UHGV virus genome: UHGV-0084588 | DNA length: 64,000 bases | Strand: one strand, 5' to 3' | From: a virus | Part shown: positions 9,617-19,144 of the stretch, one piece after another | Position numbering within the stretch: the first letter of the stretch is position 1 | How the letters are laid out: each line of letters opens with the position of its first letter | Program-made: the position numbers and the translations under genes | Notes under the pieces: model-generated | Database searches by the model: none | Told to the model about the DNA's origin: nothing | What the model saw: the letters and a program-made list of their open reading frames with translations, nothing else

Positions 9617-9659
9617 AATGTCCTCTCTTCGGAGAGGACATACTTCTTTCTTTTTTTTT
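9617..9659 (+). terminator. rho-independent terminator
   Basis: hairpin tgtcctctc-ttcg-gagaggaca followed by T-run. Confidence 0.7.
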
Positions 9660-9713
9660 CACGTTACCCACCCTCCTTATAGCCGAGTTAAACTGCCTTT
9701 TTAGAGGTCAGCC

Positions 9714-12026
9714 GTGGAATACATTTCTCCTTTTCGTTTAACGGTAGATGAATACCATCGTGATATTGATGTCAATGATGCCTACCGCGAACAGGTCGCG
9801 TTATACATTCATAACGTGACAGCACAAAAATACCCTTTAGAATTTTGTCGTCAGGAAGTCGATGCTCTTATTGCTCCTGGCGGTGAGTTAGCAACCGAAT
9901 CACCCGTGTGTAAGATGTGGGTGCGAAATCAGAAAACGGGCGATCGTGAGGAAAAATACACTACCGTCGATAAGCTATTTAAAACCGTCATTGACAAACA
10001 GATTATCTCCGCACCTTCGTTAACTTTTTATTTGCCCGAACACGTCAAACGTTCTAAGTTGTCTGAATTCACAGCAGCTAACGTAGCGAAACGTGCTGCG
10101 GTAAAAAAGGAAATGTTTGCAGCAGCAGCAGCGGGCAATGAAGTATTAAAGATCAACAAAAAGAACGAACAGAATGCGGTCAAGACGCTGAACAACGGTA
10201 TGTCTGGTGCATTCTCCTCTCCGTACACGATTATTTTCAACCAGTCTTCACACTCCGTACTGACGTCCACTTGCCGTACTGCAACTTCGTTCGGCAATGC
10301 TGGAAACGAACGTTTATTAGGAGGTAATCGTCATTACGATACCCCGTCACGCATTATTGATCATTTCTTATCTATCGGTACTTTAACCGATTGGAATAGC
10401 TTTAAGAAATGTATGGAGACGTATGAGCTTCATTACCCGTCGGTAGAAGAGGTGATGGAAGTTATTCACTATTCTGCTGATTTCTACTTTAAGAACGAAG
10501 AGGGGATGGAGTTCGTTGAGCATTACGTTAGTAATGTATCACCGTTGACGCGTGCCGCGTTTGTTTACATGGGTGATTTTTTCCACCTGGCTAAATACAA
10601 CGATAAGTTCATGCGCGACTTTATTGGTGCATTAATTACCCCTGAAGCGCGAGTTGATACTGAGGGCTGGACTGATACGGACTGGGTTGCTGCTGAGAAG
10701 ACCATCGATGGTGATATGCAGATTATTATCTCACAGTTCCGTACCGACGTAGTACCGATGGGTAAAGCGTTCAGTGACGTTAAGAAACTTGACGGTAATA
10801 AAAAACCCTTGCCGTGGGATCAGCAGGATGGCTATAAAGAACTAATTCGTTCCGCGCTGTTCTTACAGAAAACGATCGGTAAATACGCACTACTGATTCG
10901 TAATATTCTTACCACGAAAAACTTACCAATCAACATTGCTCGAATGCCGGATGTGGTTCGTCGTGTAGGCGTAGTATCTGATACTGACTCTACAATGATG
11001 ACTGCGCAATGGTGGGCAATCTGGTACACCGGTAAACATTACGGTGAGATAGCGACCCGCGTTTCCAATGCGATGATCTATATTGCGACACAGCACTTAC
11101 GGCATTTGATGGCGAGTATGTCAGCAAACATCGGCGTGGCGAAGGAGCGCTTGTTCCTGTATGCAATGAAGAACGAATTTAAGTTTGATTCGTTTGCATT
11201 GACTACCAAAGCAAAACATTACTTCTCACTGATTACCGGTCAGGAAGGCCAGCTGAAAAAAGATCCCGAGCTGGAAGTAAAAGGTGTGTCTTTACGCACA
11301 TCTAACATTCCTCCGATTATCATGAAGGAATTTAAGAACACTATCAAAGGGCTATGTGAAGTTGTTGCCCGTGGTGATCAGATCGAAATCATTCCGTTAC
11401 TGGAAAAGGTTGCCCAAATCGAACACACGATTATGGATTCTATTCGTTCTGGAAATCCAGGGTATTTGAAAACGACGAACATCAAGGAACGTAGCGCTTA
11501 TAACGAGAAGGATGAGAAGAACTACCATTACCATCGAATGTATAATGCTATCTTTGGTCCGAAGTTTGGTTATTTGGAAGAACCGCCGTACGATGCTGTG
11601 AAACTTCCGGTAACACTGGAAAACAAAACGAAGATTAAAGAATGGATTGACGGTATCGAAGATCCGATCATCAAGAACGGCGCATCGGCGTGGTTTGAGG
11701 AGACAAACTTCCGTAAATATAAAACATTGATTCTACCAGAACACTTGGTGGAAAACTACGGTATCCCTAAAGAGCTTATCGATATCGCAGATATCCGTCG
11801 TACTGCTTTCTCTACGGTTGAACCGTACTATCACATTCTCGAATGCTTAGGTGTGTTCATGATGGATAAAAACAGGATGAGGTTGTTGTCAGATTTCTAC
11901 GATAAAACCGAGGAGAAAGACGAACTGTATAAGGAATTAGCGGAAGTACAATACGTTAAGAAATCGGAGAGGGCAGGGGATGACGAAGAAGACGATGACG
12001 AAGAAGAGGTTTTTGACGACGAATGA
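9714..12026 (+). CDS. putative family-B DNA polymerase, C-terminal (polymerase) fragment, with acidic C-terminal tail
   Basis: Motif B-like KTLNNGMSGAF, motif C VVSDTDS, KKRY-like KAKHY; no exonuclease motifs or motif A in this ORF; GTG start with agagg RBS; B-to-C spacing is unusually long. Confidence 0.45.
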   Translation: MEYISPFRLTVDEYHRDIDVNDAYREQVALYIHNVTAQKYPLEFCRQEVDALIAPGGELATESPVCKMWVRNQKTGDREEKYTTVDKLFKTVIDKQIISAPSLTFYLPEHVKRSKLSEFTAANVAKRAAVKKEMFAAAAAGNEVLKINKKNEQNAVKTLNNGMSGAFSSPYTIIFNQSSHSVLTSTCRTATSFGNAGNERLLGGNRHYDTPSRIIDHFLSIGTLTDWNSFKKCMETYELHYPSVEEVMEVIHYSADFYFKNEEGMEFVEHYVSNVSPLTRAAFVYMGDFFHLAKYNDKFMRDFIGALITPEARVDTEGWTDTDWVAAEKTIDGDMQIIISQFRTDVVPMGKAFSDVKKLDGNKKPLPWDQQDGYKELIRSALFLQKTIGKYALLIRNILTTKNLPINIARMPDVVRRVGVVSDTDSTMMTAQWWAIWYTGKHYGEIATRVSNAMIYIATQHLRHLMASMSANIGVAKERLFLYAMKNEFKFDSFALTTKAKHYFSLITGQEGQLKKDPELEVKGVSLRTSNIPPIIMKEFKNTIKGLCEVVARGDQIEIIPLLEKVAQIEHTIMDSIRSGNPGYLKTTNIKERSAYNEKDEKNYHYHRMYNAIFGPKFGYLEEPPYDAVKLPVTLENKTKIKEWIDGIEDPIIKNGASAWFEETNFRKYKTLILPEHLVENYGIPKELIDIADIRRTAFSTVEPYYHILECLGVFMMDKNRMRLLSDFYDKTEEKDELYKELAEVQYVKKSERAGDDEEDDDEEEVFDDE

Positions 12027-12171
12027 GATTAATTCGATCCCGTGTAACGAGCGTTGGTTCCGACTGAAGCCCGTTGTCAATTTCGAAATCTATTACGATG
12101 ATCCGTTAAACGGGTGGTTAGCACACGTAACCGGACAGAATGTTTTTGTCATGGGATACGAATTACGGTAA
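11980..12171 (+). CDS. small hypothetical ORF (63 aa), doubtful
   Basis: Overlaps the acidic tail coding region of the upstream gene; no clear RBS. Confidence 0.2.
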   Translation: MTKKTMTKKRFLTTNEINSIPCNERWFRLKPVVNFEIYYDDPLNGWLAHVTGQNVFVMGYELR

Positions 12172-12258
12172 AAAGAAAGTAAACGTTGCACCAAAGTGCA
12201 ACGTTTTAACTCTATTATATGGGGATTCGAAAGAATCCTCAGCGGGGGAGAGTAAGTC

Positions 12259-13320
12259 TTAATTTTCTAATGCTTGATATAATGGTAAAATTAACTCGTG
12301 TCGGTAATAGTTTCTAGCCGACCGTGTAAGTTTTTCCAATATCTTCGCATCTTCGAATCTGGCTATACGCACCATTAAATTGGATTTGTATTTGCTCATG
12401 CTCGAGTTGTCGAACTGTAAGCAGAACAACGCCCAATACCAGTTCACGATGTTTCGATGCCAACTACCTTGAATGGTTGAGCCTGGGTCTTTAAAAAGGA
12501 TACGGTCTACCGCAGTGGTAGGGTGTGTCGGATCATCAAAGAACTGTGGAATGTGTGCCATGACCACACCAGGTAAAGGTTTACCTGCACGGAGTGCTTT
12601 ACAAACTTGCGTTGCGTGTTTAATTGAAAGTTCACGCAAAGGCGGTGTAGGAACAACACGAAGTGGCGTTTCGGGTTCGACTTCTTTACCTGTTGCGACA
12701 GCGCGATGAATATTTAAAAAAGCGATATTCATGTAGCTAGGTAGCATACGGTAAATGATGTGTCGTTGCGCGTAAACTACACGGTTAATCGGTTCGGGTT
12801 GTGTTCTGTAATATTGTTCTGCAAGAACATATTGCCAAAGTAACGCAACCAGATTGATTTCGATAATACTGATGCCTCGGGGTTTGCCGTTCCCGAGACC
12901 CCAGTTAAGATTCGTGTACTCGTGATAAAGATAAACTGCAGGTGTGTAGTCACGAAAAGACAGTTCAGGATCAATAGGACGTGCGACGAGTGAAATAATC
13001 TCATCTTGCCCTTCGATAAAGATCCCGTTGAAAACTTGACCATACTCCCCCACAGAAGTTAGGTGTAGCGCATTACCGATATCGGAAAGCTTGCGTCGAC
13101 ATGCCCACTCGATCTCTTCGTAGCTGGGTTCACCCGCATATCCGATAGCCGCTAAGATTTTGAGTACCAGATGGCCTGAAACAACACGGGTTTGAATGGA
13201 CTCTAAATAGTTGCGAATGCGCTGATTATTATTTTTTACGGCACTGACCAATTGTATAGCGGAAGGGTCTTCGAATTTACCCTTTATGGCTGCTTGGTTT
13301 AACTCGGCTTGACTGAACAT
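12259..13320 (-). CDS. hypothetical protein (353 aa)
   Basis: Minus-strand ORF with aaggag RBS; divergent from the 13529 gene. Confidence 0.6.
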   Translation of the reverse strand: MFSQAELNQAAIKGKFEDPSAIQLVSAVKNNNQRIRNYLESIQTRVVSGHLVLKILAAIGYAGEPSYEEIEWACRRKLSDIGNALHLTSVGEYGQVFNGIFIEGQDEIISLVARPIDPELSFRDYTPAVYLYHEYTNLNWGLGNGKPRGISIIEINLVALLWQYVLAEQYYRTQPEPINRVVYAQRHIIYRMLPSYMNIAFLNIHRAVATGKEVEPETPLRVVPTPPLRELSIKHATQVCKALRAGKPLPGVVMAHIPQFFDDPTHPTTAVDRILFKDPGSTIQGSWHRNIVNWYWALFCLQFDNSSMSKYKSNLMVRIARFEDAKILEKLTRSARNYYRHELILPLYQALEN

Positions 13321-13374
13321 GACTTACTCCTTGGGGTTACACATAGGAAACGGTCACAGTCTAACTCACATTGA

Positions 13375-13405
13375 AAAATATCTTAGCTAGATATTATCTA
13401 TGTGA
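13375..13405 (+). repeat. 31-bp direct repeat copy 1 containing palindromic TAGATATTATCTA
   Basis: aaaatatcttagctagatattatctatgtga, near-identical to 13455-13485. Confidence 0.8.
13388..13400. promoter_or_regulatory. candidate promoter/operator TAGATATTATCTA (perfect 6-bp inverted repeat with 1-bp spacer)
   Basis: Palindrome TAGATA-T-TATCTA in divergent intergenic region. Confidence 0.45.
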
Positions 13406-13454
13406 TGGTTCGGTAGTTAATCATTTTAAGCTATGTGTGTTTTACGTGTATTCT

Positions 13455-13485
13455 AAAATATCTTAGCTAGATATTATCTACGTGA
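13455..13485 (+). repeat. 31-bp direct repeat copy 2 containing palindromic TAGATATTATCTA
   Basis: aaaatatcttagctagatattatctacgtga, one mismatch to copy 1; 44 bp upstream of ATG 13529. Confidence 0.8.
13468..13480. promoter_or_regulatory. candidate promoter/operator TAGATATTATCTA, second copy
   Basis: Identical palindrome about 48 bp upstream of the codon-optimised gene 13529. Confidence 0.45.
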
Positions 13486-13528
13486 ACCAACACTACAATT
13501 GTATTAAACCTTATAAGGATTAAGTAAA

Positions 13529-15376
13529 ATGGCTAAAGAGTTTATTGACAATCAAAACGACGTTGTGACTGGTGCTGCTGGTTCTGCTGCAGATCCAATT
13601 CCGTCTTTCGGTGGCGCGGGAGCTGCTACTGTGGATAATACCAATGCGGCCAACGCTTTTGGTGGGATGTCTAAAAACATCTCCACTTTCGATAAAGCTT
13701 TCGGATACATGTCTTTCGTGTCCACTGCTTCTCAGTTCACTAGCCTGATTGAGAAGATGGCGGAGAAGAACACATACCTGCGTAACTTCCGTTGGGGTGT
13801 CATTGACGGCATCAACTCTGAAATGGGTTCTGCTGCATACGTGGCTGGTCCGTCCGGCGATAACCATAACGAATGGCTCTACGGCATCCTGTTCTTTGAA
13901 CATGGCCAGTCCATCCGTTTCTACGAAATCAACGGTAAAGAAAACTACTACACCCTGGCGCAGCTGTTCAGTCAAGAAGGTGTGATGAACAACATCACTA
14001 ACCAGATTGCAACTCAACACAATCTGCCGAGCGTACAGTTCATGGTAATGAACTGCGTACCGGAACTGGGTAAAACCATGAACGAAGAATGGGCTAACCA
14101 GCTCATGGGCCAGATTGCACTGGGTATCTTCGGTCGTCATTCTGGCTACCTGGGCTACCTGAAAATGACCCGTTCTGATCGCTTCACCGCGCAAGTTAGC
14201 GTAGTTGAAGAAGGTTCTGTAACTGACGTTAACGGTTCCGCACAGCGTGCTGACCTGATGGTTGTGGTTGACCATACTCGTACCGGCAACAACGATAATA
14301 ACCCGACGCTGTTCTCTTCTGAACGCCTCCAGAATTATCCGAGCGTTGCAGGTGTTGGTTACATCAACCTCCGCCATAAAGGTAAACCTCAGACTCTGAC
14401 CAACGGTACTCAGGACCTGCGTCAGCTGGAAGCCGAAGTGGTTGTTTCCCTGATGGATTCTCAGTCCTCTGGGGCAATGGCACCTATCGAGCGTCAGCTG
14501 ATTGAACTGGCCGCGTTCGCACAAATCGCCACTATCGGTGGCTGGCGTGAACGTTTCATGCAGTCGCTGAACAAAACCGATCGCCGCTTCTCCCGCGTTC
14601 TGGAGTATGTAGAATGGGGCAGCGAAAAACCTGACCTGAGCAAAATCGACGGTAACCGTGAAGTTATCGAGAAATGCCTGGACACCTTCGCTAACCCGAC
14701 TGCAGCTCTGGTGGTGAACCATCGTGCAGGTAACGGTATCGGTGGTCTGTCTACTCTCCTGAGCGAAATCGGGATGGGTAACACCAACGCACTGTACACC
14801 CTGTTCAACATCCTGGATAACATGGCCAGCAACGGTGCGACTAAGTTCAGCACTCGCTTCAAAGCACTGCTGGGCAATGTCACCAACTTCGAGTGCAAAC
14901 ACGTTGTTATTGCCGGTTGCCCGACCATCTCTGGCCAGTATTTCAGCAACAGCCAGAAACGTAGCTTCCAGGATATGGACTTGGTTTCCGCTCTGACTAA
15001 AGTGGGTGACAACCAACGCGATGCGATCGACTACATCAGTGCACAGTCCTACTCTCACCGCTATCTGAATGCGCGTGACCAGCGTCTGTACCTGCTGAAA
15101 ATGGCTGCGTCCATGTTCGGTAGCAAACAGCCGCAGGTAACGGGTGAAGCGTCTGACCTGGCGATCAATCCGTTGTTTGGTAAGGCACTGGTGGAATACA
15201 TCACCGAAAACTGCAACTTCCAGGTGAACGGTGTTACCGCAGCGAACAGCCTCACTCACTCTGTGTTTGTTAACACGGGTAATGAGAACTTCGCTCTGTC
15301 TGGTAGCGGTCCTAACGCATTTGGTAGCGATTTCGGTATGTCCTTCGCTGCAACTGACTGGCGTCCGACTTTCTAA
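13529..15376 (+). CDS. abundant 615-aa protein; candidate phage nuclear-shell (chimallin-like) protein, alternatively a major capsid protein
   Basis: Strong bias to E. coli-type optimal codons; tandem promoter repeats upstream; strong terminator downstream; lies directly upstream of the RNAP beta-prime N-terminal gene, which from memory matches the phiKZ gp54-gp55 arrangement. Confidence 0.45.
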   Translation: MAKEFIDNQNDVVTGAAGSAADPIPSFGGAGAATVDNTNAANAFGGMSKNISTFDKAFGYMSFVSTASQFTSLIEKMAEKNTYLRNFRWGVIDGINSEMGSAAYVAGPSGDNHNEWLYGILFFEHGQSIRFYEINGKENYYTLAQLFSQEGVMNNITNQIATQHNLPSVQFMVMNCVPELGKTMNEEWANQLMGQIALGIFGRHSGYLGYLKMTRSDRFTAQVSVVEEGSVTDVNGSAQRADLMVVVDHTRTGNNDNNPTLFSSERLQNYPSVAGVGYINLRHKGKPQTLTNGTQDLRQLEAEVVVSLMDSQSSGAMAPIERQLIELAAFAQIATIGGWRERFMQSLNKTDRRFSRVLEYVEWGSEKPDLSKIDGNREVIEKCLDTFANPTAALVVNHRAGNGIGGLSTLLSEIGMGNTNALYTLFNILDNMASNGATKFSTRFKALLGNVTNFECKHVVIAGCPTISGQYFSNSQKRSFQDMDLVSALTKVGDNQRDAIDYISAQSYSHRYLNARDQRLYLLKMAASMFGSKQPQVTGEASDLAINPLFGKALVEYITENCNFQVNGVTAANSLTHSVFVNTGNENFALSGSGPNAFGSDFGMSFAATDWRPTF

Positions 15377-15403
15377 TAAGTTGGTAAGTAGTAAGCAGTA
15401 GTT

Positions 15404-15447
15404 GAGGGACAGGGGAAAACCCCCTGTCCCTTCCCTCTCTTTTTTTG
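15404..15447 (+). terminator. rho-independent terminator
   Basis: hairpin gagggacagggg-aaaa-cccctgtccc followed by T-run. Confidence 0.7.
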
Positions 15448-15460
15448 TTGAGGATTCGGC

Positions 15461-16828
15461 GTGGAACATAAACTAGAATATTACGGGATTTCAGGGCGAC
15501 TAATTAGTCACGATAAAATGCTACGTGACTGTATACAAGAAGCGGAGGAAAAAGGCTACAAACCCCCGATTATTATCAATGACGTTGCTGCAACGATGGA
15601 TACCATCGAAGCGTCAGAGATGATTAACCAAATACTTCAAAACCGAATCGTTGATGAAACACTCAACTCGGCTCCTATTTGCAGTCTGACCTGCGAATCA
15701 CCTATTACCCATCGTTATAATCTTGGGTTACGTTGCCCACATTGTGGTCATGTTGTTTCTGAACATCGGATTACGTCCGAAGTTTGGCTACGTGCACCCG
15801 ATGAGATAGGTAACTTTATCAATCCACGTTTTTGGTCTCTCTTTAATGCTTTCTTTGGCTCTAAGCTGAAAAAATTTAATCGTAACAAAGTGACGGTAGA
15901 GCGTGGTTCTGATTTGCTGCTATGGCTAATCGATCCGTACTACCATCCAGAAAAGGACGAAGGAACACGTGCTCGTGTGGTGAAAAGAATCCTCAGCGAA
16001 CATGGTTTCGAACGGGGAATTCGAAACTTTATCGACCACCATCGAACCGTCTTTAATATCCTTACGTCCCCGGAAGCTTGGAAGGAGATTTATCCACCGA
16101 CGAAAAACAACCGTTATGAGAGTGAACGCGTACGCTTAGAATGGCGTGAGTTCTTTCAGGAACAATCGTTCTCATTCTTTCCAAGACACCTTCCGATTAT
16201 TTCATCGAAACTGATCGTTACAGAGGAGCGCCGACAAGGTATCTTTATCGATCCCGTTTACACCAGTGCCATCGATGCAGTAAAAAATGTGGCGTTGTTG
16301 TACACGAATGCACGTCGTATCGAACCACGATTTATTATTCGTCGCGCGATCAAAGCGAATCGACAACTTGCGTATTTCTATATTGACCATCGTCAGGAAG
16401 TGATGGAAGGTAAACCTGGGTTCTATCGGGCAAAACTCGGGTCAACGCACGTACCGTGGGGCGGACGTGTGACTATCTCTCCTATCTCTGAACCTCACGA
16501 TGCGTTGAAAGTTATTGCGCCTTGGCGTTGGTTAGTTCCGTTGGCGAGTGTTCACATTGAGAACAAGTTAGGTCGACGTGACTACACACCTCGACAGTGT
16601 GAACGAATTATTGCATTCGCGGCAATGCAGTATGTACCGTTGGTACATGAAATTATTAATGAGCTGATTAAAGAATCCCCCGGCGGATTCGGTTTAATGT
16701 TGGAAGTTCTACGTAACCCAACATTGGTTCAGCTTTCTATTCAGACATTGTTTATCTCGGCGGTACTGACAGATGTAACACAATGTTCTCTGCGTATTTC
16801 TGATCGCGTCATCAAAGCACCTAATGCT
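15461..16828 (+). CDS. RNA polymerase beta-prime-like subunit, N-terminal fragment, exon 1
   Basis: Zn-ribbon C-x4-C...C-x2-CG; GKPGFYRAKLG...GGRVTISP matches [41 protein letters not shown] matches NRAPTLHRLGIQAF; ends ...KAPNA where bacterial beta-prime has YNA|DFDGD; GTG start. Confidence 0.75.
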
Positions 16829-17178
16829 AAATACTGGCCCACTAGACGGGAAACCTCTAGTGCGTATCCCTCGAATTGCTGGGAACTCCTAAAGCTTACG
16901 ATCCCGACAGGGTGGCGAAAGTCAGAAACAATTCGTAAGATAGCCTATGCTAACCAATAATGCTAAGGGTTGAGATAATGGATAACCAGCAGCGATGAAA
17001 ATCGTTCAACGACTATCGAAAGGGTAAAACCGAGTAGAGTAGCTGCTTAGTTTAGCGGCGAAGTGGGGGAGACCTACGGGTAGCAATACCTACGGTTATG
17101 ATATAGTCTGTGCCCATGTGAAAGCATGGGAGGGTGTCATTGCACACCTGCTCCAAAAGGAATGGGGTGGACAAACAG
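16829..17178 (+). ncRNA. group I self-splicing intron (350 nt, no internal ORF) interrupting the NADFDGD motif
   Basis: Exon 1 ends in U and intron ends in G; joining gives ...APNA-DFDGDQ...; core-like elements (consensus from memory): P aattgctgggaa (16874-16885), Q aaccagcagc (16984-16993), R gttcaacgacta (17004-17015), S gatatagtc (about 17100-17108). Confidence 0.75.
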
Positions 17179-17418
17179 GATTTCGATGGCGATCAGTTAC
17201 AATGCAGATTGGCAATCGACCAGATTGAAATGGAACTGGGCATGGCTTATCGTCCAGACAACGGGTTTATGTCAAGCACGAATGTGGATGAGGTTTCGAG
17301 CTGCATGATTCTCCATAACGAGAACATCAGCAACATAAACCGTTTCTTCCAGGATACTGAAGAGGACCTGGAGGCCGGTATCGCGCTTGACTCGGAATTA
17401 TTAAAAATGGCGGGGTAA
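17179..17418 (+). CDS. RNA polymerase beta-prime-like subunit, N-terminal fragment, exon 2
   Basis: Begins DFDGDQ...; ...MSSTN matches bacterial ...MMSTNN; same frame as ORF 17134..17418, whose apparent GTG start has no spaced RBS. Confidence 0.7.
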   Translation, partial: DFDGDQLQCRLAIDQIEMELGMAYRPDNGFMSSTNVDEVSSCMILHNENISNINRFFQDTEEDLEAGIALDSELLKMAG

Positions 17419-17424
17419 TGAAAC

Positions 17425-18012
17425 ATGGGCATGTGGAACTTAGGCGGAACCATCTGGACGCGACAAACTGAAAATAGTGGGATGTATCGCTATTTCAGAG
17501 ACAATTTCGATATTAACGCCTTTGCTCCTGACATGATCGAAAGCGTTAAACGAAAATGTAATGAGTTAATTTCATTAGAGCGTTTCCGTGAGATGTATGC
17601 AGCCGCACGCAAAGTACAGCACAGCGATGCGACTGACGTTGTACGACAATTGGAGAAGATAGGACAATTCCAGTTTGCAAACGCAACCTTACAGCCGTTG
17701 CTAATGGCAATGCCGGAATATCGACAATTGTACAATAACAACATGGCGACCGGTTATGAAAACGGGTATTCGAAAATCGATAACTTCCGTGGTTCGGCGT
17801 ATATGCATACGGACGATAACTTCCGCGAAGTAACGTCGGGTATGTCCAACGAGTACGATGAAGATCGTATTTGGAACTGGGTATCCAACGAAGATCGATC
17901 CAACAAACTCACTCGTGTAGAGCAAGTTGACATGCAAATCAACTGGGCACGTATGCGGAATTTTGATTGGGAAGACGAAGATCCGTGTTCTGAACTCGGC
18001 GCTTCGTGTTAA
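17425..18012 (+). CDS. hypothetical protein (195 aa)
   Basis: ATG 6 nt after upstream stop; terminator downstream. Confidence 0.55.
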   Translation: MGMWNLGGTIWTRQTENSGMYRYFRDNFDINAFAPDMIESVKRKCNELISLERFREMYAAARKVQHSDATDVVRQLEKIGQFQFANATLQPLLMAMPEYRQLYNNNMATGYENGYSKIDNFRGSAYMHTDDNFREVTSGMSNEYDEDRIWNWVSNEDRSNKLTRVEQVDMQINWARMRNFDWEDEDPCSELGASC

Positions 18013-18018
18013 TCGAAA

Positions 18019-18050
18019 AGAAGGGGATTGGGCACCCCCTTCTTTTTTCT
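18019..18050 (+). terminator. rho-independent terminator
   Basis: hairpin gaagggg-attgggcac-ccccttc followed by TTTTTT. Confidence 0.6.
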
Positions 18051-18089
18051 TATTTACAGCAGCAGCTATCAATGTGATAGGAGTAGTAA

Positions 18090-18473
18090 ATGGCGATTGC
18101 AGTAGGCACGGTTTCTACACGCGGCTGGGCAAAAACGCCCCGCGAACGTATTCGTGAGATGATGAATCATTACACGGAAGCAGGGTATAGCCAATCGCAA
18201 ATTTATCAAGGTAATGTCCGGTCACTTGCGAAAGCGAAGCAAATGTTTGCTCAAGATCCCGACGGCTTAGCCAATCGGGTGAAAACAGACTTAACTACGC
18301 TTTACGAACATATTTTTCCTGAAGGGGTTGAAGTAGAGACAACCTGGGAATATTTACCGGATACCGATGTACGCTATCGTATCATTATCCAAGCTCGCGT
18401 TATGTCGGGTGGGGTGTGGTATGATGTGGAACGATATGTTGAAACTGAAACATCAGTTATTGAGGATGAGTAA
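18090..18473 (+). CDS. hypothetical protein (127 aa)
   Basis: ATG with taggag RBS. Confidence 0.6.
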   Translation: MAIAVGTVSTRGWAKTPRERIREMMNHYTEAGYSQSQIYQGNVRSLAKAKQMFAQDPDGLANRVKTDLTTLYEHIFPEGVEVETTWEYLPDTDVRYRIIIQARVMSGGVWYDVERYVETETSVIEDE

Positions 18474-18475
18474 GG

Positions 18476-19144
18476 ATGGATCAAGAACCGGGAAAATTTA
18501 ATGGGGTGCCCATTGAAGAACTTTCTGGCCGTGCTAAGTTTGAGTTTGAGAAACTTCTTGAAATGGAAGAGATGCTTAAACAGGGCCAGGGTGTGTGCAG
18601 CGTGTTTACTGAATCGATGTTCCGTCGACAAGGTTTACCGCTGTTGTCGGGGATGCTGGATGGTACGTTTAACGAAGATACCTGGACGGATTATGTAGGG
18701 AGCGCTTTCGTTCCGTTACAGATTGTTTCGGATTCGGATAATTCAAAACTGCTCTTTACGATCCCGCCTCTGCTTAATACCGGTCGGTCACTTCAACATG
18801 TTGACGGTCAGCCATCGCTCACCGAAGAAACAGAGATGATTCGCCAGCAAGCCGATATCATTTCCGAGGTCGGTGAACGGCAGATGTATCAGATGATCGA
18901 TTATACGCTGGATGGTATCGAACAGTTATCGTACGAAGAAAATGCACTTCGTGCAAAACAGGTTATCGATCTGTTAAACTGGATCTTCCGTCGTTATAAC
19001 GTATCAGGGCAATTACCTTATCCTGAAGGACTTGAAGAATTGTGCAACCGTATCCAAGGACGAAAGAAACCTGCAACGGCGGCACAACCTGAACAGTCCT
19101 CCCCTGCTAAGGGAAGAAGAATCATCGATGAAGAGGATTACTAA
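18476..19144 (+). CDS. hypothetical protein (222 aa)
   Basis: ATG with taagg RBS immediately after upstream stop. Confidence 0.55.
   Translation: MDQEPGKFNGVPIEELSGRAKFEFEKLLEMEEMLKQGQGVCSVFTESMFRRQGLPLLSGMLDGTFNEDTWTDYVGSAFVPLQIVSDSDNSKLLFTIPPLLNTGRSLQHVDGQPSLTEETEMIRQQADIISEVGERQMYQMIDYTLDGIEQLSYEENALRAKQVIDLLNWIFRRYNVSGQLPYPEGLEELCNRIQGRKKPATAAQPEQSSPAKGRRIIDEEDY

Noticed and set aside
13520-15469. 649-aa minus-strand ORF opposite the 13529 gene
   Set aside because: Shadow ORF antisense to a strongly codon-biased gene; the plus-strand gene has the RBS, promoter repeats and terminator; the antisense product has an Arg/Val/His/Thr-rich composition typical of such artefacts.
16829-17178. 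Intein or programmed frameshift as the cause of the beta-prime interruption
   Set aside because: The insertion is not an in-frame coding sequence (a stop at 16960 and a frame change) and it carries group I intron core elements.
17134-17418. 94-aa ORF as an independent small gene
   Set aside because: It contains the DFDGDQ...MSSTN continuation of RNAP beta-prime and has no properly spaced RBS; interpreted as exon 2 after a group I intron.
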